DNA of 61,096 bases, taken from NCBI GenBank assembly GCA_000934665.2, contig JYFJ02002317.1, positions 1 through 61,096 on the forward strand, in the 5' to 3' direction. Below, piece after piece: positions 55,334-61,096 of the stretch. The DNA is from Catajapyx aquilonaris. Its lineage: Eukaryota. The position numbers were made by a program, and so were the translations under genes. Every line of letters begins with the position of its first letter. Positions within the stretch are counted from its first letter, which is position 1. The notes under the pieces are model-generated. The model worked only from the letters and a program-made list of their open reading frames with translations, was not told the origin of the DNA and did no database searches.

Positions 55334-58043
55334 CCCCCCCCCACGCGATTTATCAGTGAGGTTTTTTGACAAATGTTTTTGATCCAAGTATGTCTCTCTT
55401 TACTTTTTTTACGGCAAGCCCTGGCCATGTTATTGTACCCATATACGTATATCTGGTGTCTGATGTCCCCTTAAAAGGGCTCCGGCCTATCGTGGGGTCG
55501 AATAAATAAATAAGCATGCTGCACATACTGTCCGCCTTGTCGGACTTTGCAGTTAACATAAAACTACACGTATTAATCTGTCCGATTTAGTTGGCAACAG
55601 AGAGTACAACATTACTTTATCTAAAGATACTGCCCCATATGTTCAACACTTGCTGCAGTGCAGAGGCACACCAACAACAATGTTATTACAAAATTAAAGT
55701 GGCGTGAATAGGATGAGAATCAAACAGTTTGACATTGCAAATGATTTTTTTTTTTGCGAGGCCAACAGAGGCCTGCTGTGACCTGTGTGCAAATGATGCT
55801 TTTGGTTTCGCATCAACCTTCCAAACAGTCAGCTCTTACTTATTCATTCGCCTCGTTGTTTATTTATTTAGTAATTTTCCGAGCCATGCTTTGTGATTAT
55901 TCGGCGGCTTTACACAGCCAGTGTTTACTATATGCGCATAACAATCACTCCGCACATGAACTGCGCACGCACTGTACGCACCTCGCCCGATGCATCCAGG
56001 AGCATCTCTGTTAGCGAGGGAAACTGGGCAACAATAGCAGCAACAATCCACGACCAGCAGCTAGGAGCCAGAGAGGTGTCCACGGGTAGGTTGAGTGTAA
56101 TGAAAATGATCGCACCGTTGAAACGTATTTTCGAGTGATGAGATGCCGCGAAAGACTTCATCTTGCAGCTTCCCTTATATAGACTGGCAGAATATCCACG
56201 CCCTTGCAGTAGAGAACGTGAACAATGGGGTCTATTATTGTACAGTACTGCTTGACAGTATTACGGGAGTGGATTAAGCTTTTCGATCAGGGCTGGAGGA
56301 GGAGGAAGCCAGGAGAAGTCTGTACACACATAAGACTCTGGGAGAAGAAGACCTTGACTTTCTGACTAGTAGGCTGCGTTAAAAATAAATACCGGGAAGG
56401 GGGGCGGGTCGGTCCGGGGGGGGGGGGCAAGTGACGGCAGGAGATTCTCTCTCTGGCTCTTCTTTCTCACCCCCCCCCCTCTCTCTCTCTTTTAAATAAT
56501 TGTGGAGAGTGTCTGTTTGGGAAGTGAGGCACCTTGACTCCCCCTTGGAGTACTATAACCCAGCACCGCATCACAACCGCAATAATAGATTGCTTCGCAA
56601 TCAGTATTGCCACCAAGGCACTCGTTACTGGGGACATGCTGCAGTGGCCCAAGTGCAATCGGAGCAATTGTCGCAAGTGCTTCTTGCGGAGGCGAAGGAA
56701 GGCACTGCATTGGTGGAGCTCCATCTGCTACTTCTGCCCTGCTGTGTTTAGAGGGAGGATGTTCTGAAACGTTCAGGGAAGCAAATATCAGATCCTTGCA
56801 AAAGCGCTGTTCATTTTTGCAGCCCAGGTGTTCTCAAACAACGAGGAATTTGACAGTAATTGCTCCCATTCACTCCCGACGACAAGCAATGGGGGTAAAA
56901 ATCTTATTTTCCCGACCTTTGTGCACTAGTATGCCTATATAACACTTTGACGATTACAGACGTTCGTGTTCTGCAATGACGGAATTAAACAGCAGGAAAT
57001 GATCTCGAGCCAGAAGCGTGAGCCGCAATCCATTCCCACAATGAAAGTGAATATATACATATACCGTAAAAAGCACAAGAGTTACTTGAAGCAAGTAAGC
57101 TGATATTTTTTGACTCGTTGTAAAAACAGTTAAAAAGAAGCATAATCGAGCGTTGGAAGAGCATCTTCCTCCTTTAAATAGAGCACCCTGCACATACGTG
57201 TATGATACATGAAAGTGCACGAGCACAACCTTTTGTCCTGTTCCGCTGCTGCCGGTTCATGTTGGGAGTAGTTGGTAATTAATTGCAAGAACAAACTATT
57301 GCGATTGGATGAATGCAGGTCGGCCTTGCACAATTTGGCGGAGTTAATTAAAGTGGGGGGCCAGGCAAATGTCACACACACACACACAGACTGGCTGGCT
57401 GGCTGGCTTGGCTGGACTATTTGGGCCTCCTTTGACGGCTCCAAAATAATGCCAAAGGGAGGGAGGGGGGTGGGGGAGCACAGGAGGGGGGAGTTGACGA
57501 TCGACATTTTCAACCTCCCCCACACTCTGCCATGCTCCCCATACCTGTCTGCAAGAGCAACTTTGGCAGTGCTGCTTTCCCCGGAGCTCATTCAATGTTT
57601 ATAATGCATGTCGGACGGGGTTTCCTCAACTTTGCTCCGCTGTTTCCGGATGAGCGACGCCAGAAGGACCAAGCCCCGTATACAGTCTGCCGACTTATAT
57701 CCACCGCCATCGACATGCATTATTATTGCGTCACGTCTCTCCCCTCTTAATGGGCCGGGTGTGTGACACGGGCGCCGTTGGAAATGTGGTGATGGTTATG
57801 GGGGATTGGAGAGTGTCCAGCCCTGATGGACGACGAAGGTTATGGTGCTGGTGCATCGTACGTGTCCCGCAGGTGCAGAATGGTTGACGGACGTGTGACG
57901 AAAAAAGGCTGTCGTGTGGGCGACGAGAGAGTGGGCTGAGAGGAATGGGGCTTCGCCGTGGCATGCAGAAGACGGTCTCCCTCCGGCCACGCGCGTCCTT
58001 CGCCCGTCTCAAATGCTGCTGTATACGATGTATTATCCGTATA

Positions 58044-58624
<581 letters not shown>

Positions 58625-59499
58625 TAAGAGAATCCGGCGAAATGCTGCTCCAGCATCCGATCTGCTTCGTTCCGGGCCTGGACTATATACTTTCTATCAC
58701 CTCGAGGGCAGGTATATTATAGAGGACCGTGGAAGAATATAAGGAAGGCTTTTAGGCGGTGGCGTCTTCGTCTGTCCTGCTCGACCCCTGCATATCTCCA
58801 CGGCTATGACTAACCACGGCCACCAGCACTTGCCGGAATCTTATCTGGAGAGGTGGCAGTAACCGAAGGCGTCAGTCGGAGGAAGAAGCAGAGCAGCGGT
58901 CGGTATATAGTGTACACGACATATCCCAGCGGATATGTCCTGCTTGTGATGGACAGCAGAAAGTGCAACACATGATACAATGCGCAGCTAGAACATGCAT
59001 GTCCACGAGCGCTTTTTCGGATAAGGACGGCACATCTTCTGCACAACGTGACAGGGTTGCAGATGGCTCTTCCTATCACTGCAACAGTCGTTGTATTAAA
59101 TAAACGTCTCGATGCTTTTCGTCCGTCTAAACGCGCTCATTCGATCCGCCTAAAGGACAAAGATAAAGGAGTTGAATATTTCATGAGCAAATTATAGTGG
59201 CCAAATTGGCCCAGCAGGTTAAGGTAGGTGCGGTCAATATATCTCCAGAGCTGTTGAAGAAAATGAAGGCATTTGGTGTCGCTGTAATTTTGAGTAATTA
59301 GTCTGATGAAACGTCTCTTGACACCGACACTACATAATTCAGGACGTGGATAACGGAGTTATTTATAATGCCAGCGAGTGTTTTCCCCTGAATTAACCAT
59401 CGCCCTACCTGTATTGACGCTCAGACCAACGCTTTTTTTGTGGAAATGTCGACGAACCTGCAGTAATAATGCACCTATATGCAATGTTGAGATATCTAT

Positions 59500-61070
59500 A
59501 GCATTTAACAGAATATTCACTCTGCAAGCTGAAGCGAATGCCGTAGACAACCACACTATTTGTGGGACTACCCCAGATAAACAGCTGCGATTGCAATGAA
59601 ATGAATGAATATTCTGTCAAGTACCACCTGTGCAATCGAAGGTATTTGAGCCTCAAAATCTGCGGAAGCTCCAGGTGCAACTTTTATAAAAACTTATTAG
59701 ACTTCGCAGGGAAATATGTTTTCTCCGACCGACACACGTTACCTCCGGCTGTGCATAACCTCAATTTGTCAGTGTCAGTCAGTATTACTCCATTAACAAG
59801 CTCTAATATCCGTATAGTGTTCAACTGATACATTGTCGGCATTTTGACGTAATTATCGAGCGCAACAAATTAACCAGAGTCTCGAAGAACTTTGGTTTAA
59901 AATAGGGTATGACGTGATGGGCATGCTTCTGCTAAGGGACGTCAAGGTCGTCAATCACAGCTGACGGGAATCCTGCCTCTCCAACACCGCAGGAAGTTGC
60001 AGGGCATTTAGCGCTCGTTATCGCGTATTTATCACGGTGATATATCCAGACGCAGTTATACAGGACAGAGGTTATATTAATAAGACATTAATGAGCGTGT
60101 AATCCGCGTACTGATGCAGAATCTCACTAATCAAGTCACTGAATGCAGTGAGAGAATTCATCGAACTGTTTCAAAATAAACTGAATTCTAAATTTCACTC
60201 CCGGGTAATTACTCGATTCTACAAATAATGAGTTTATTTGCGAAGGGGATAATTTAAATGGAAACTCGTTAGAAGCTAAAAACAATATGCGAAAGTAAGT
60301 GCCTACAAAACGTTGGATCAAGTGTTTTCCACTGCAGCAAATCAAGGGCCAAAATTTGGCCCGAATTAATGCGTTAAATAAGCGAAGCGCCCAAATTAAT
60401 GCTAATTTCCTTGTTAATTATGCGACGACACCCGTGAAATTCCCCGACTATTTCAGGCGCCGGAAGACCGGCTTGTTCTTTCCGGTGAGCGATGCAGCAT
60501 GAATATTTCCGCAGCCAATTCTGCTAGAAGTAACGGTGGCGTGCAGTCGTATATAGTGTGTGCCGCAGTGAATTTTTCAGAAAGAGACGAAAGGAAGCAG
60601 CAGGGAAGGAATCGCAGACAGGCTGATGGAATAAGAATAGCTTGATCAAATTGCTTCGATACAAGATTAGGATTGAACCAGGAGTCACTTGGACATGTTA
60701 TACCTCCGCTGCACATCAGCTTAAAATTGGGACAATTCTGCAGCGTCTGGTGTCGTACACTTGATCCCGATGAGAAAGAAAAAGCTCGGCAAATTCTCAC
60801 CAGTGTCCGCGACATATCCTATCCAGGCCTACACCTGCCCTGGAAATACGGGCAGGACTAACGCGACTGATTCAATATATTGGACAAAGAGAATCATCAG
60901 GCTCAAGCAGTGGTGGCCAAGATTCTCTATTCTTCACAAAAATAGGGACAGGCAAGAGACCTGGAGAATGGAGACAGGGATGCTAAGCATGTGAGCCAGC
61001 TAGGGATGCGCAATAATAAGAGATAGCTGCATCCAGTTAGAGAAAAGCTGTACAAACAAGATTCGACTCG
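59500..61070 (+). mobile_element. Possible highly decayed DDE transposase remnant (Chapaev/Transib/RAG1-like)
   Basis: One frame from 60469 reads RLVLSGERCSMN...SNGGVQSYIVC...*SNCFDTRLGLNQESLGHVIPPLHISLKLGQFCSVWCRTLD; motif order resembles these transposases from memory; stops present. Confidence 0.35.
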
Positions 61071-61096
61071 AATATACATATATACATATATACATA

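Overview
Eukaryotic, intron-rich animal DNA. It is most likely arthropod (possibly crustacean), inferred from gene content and dense microsatellites. No prokaryotic features, CRISPR arrays, rRNA or tRNA were seen. Two spliced genes lie head-to-tail on the minus strand, both assembled by hand with GT-AG junctions and consistent intron phases. (1) A complete 10-exon LRRC40 (ATG 5318, stop 305; 1965 nt, 654 aa) with an RGG-rich N-terminus. (2) A >39-kb Stac-like adaptor gene (BAR/F-BAR-like helical region, coiled coil, C1 zinc finger, low-complexity linker, tandem SH3). It has 16 core coding exons from 50243 to 10656 (>=914 aa), and its first coding exon is not resolved. The Stac locus shows candidate internal starts giving BAR-less isoforms, a cluster of frame-preserving cassette exons between C1 and SH3, an AG|GTAAGT ratchet-like site in the 3' region, and at least 7 perfect CRE octamers. 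Non-coding DNA holds foldback/MITE-like elements, a LINE 3' remnant beside an N, a ~574-bp perfect (AG)n tract, and a possible decayed Chapaev/Transib/RAG1-like transposase at the right end. No convincing novel biological system is supported; the best leads concern Stac isoform regulation and the transposase fossil.
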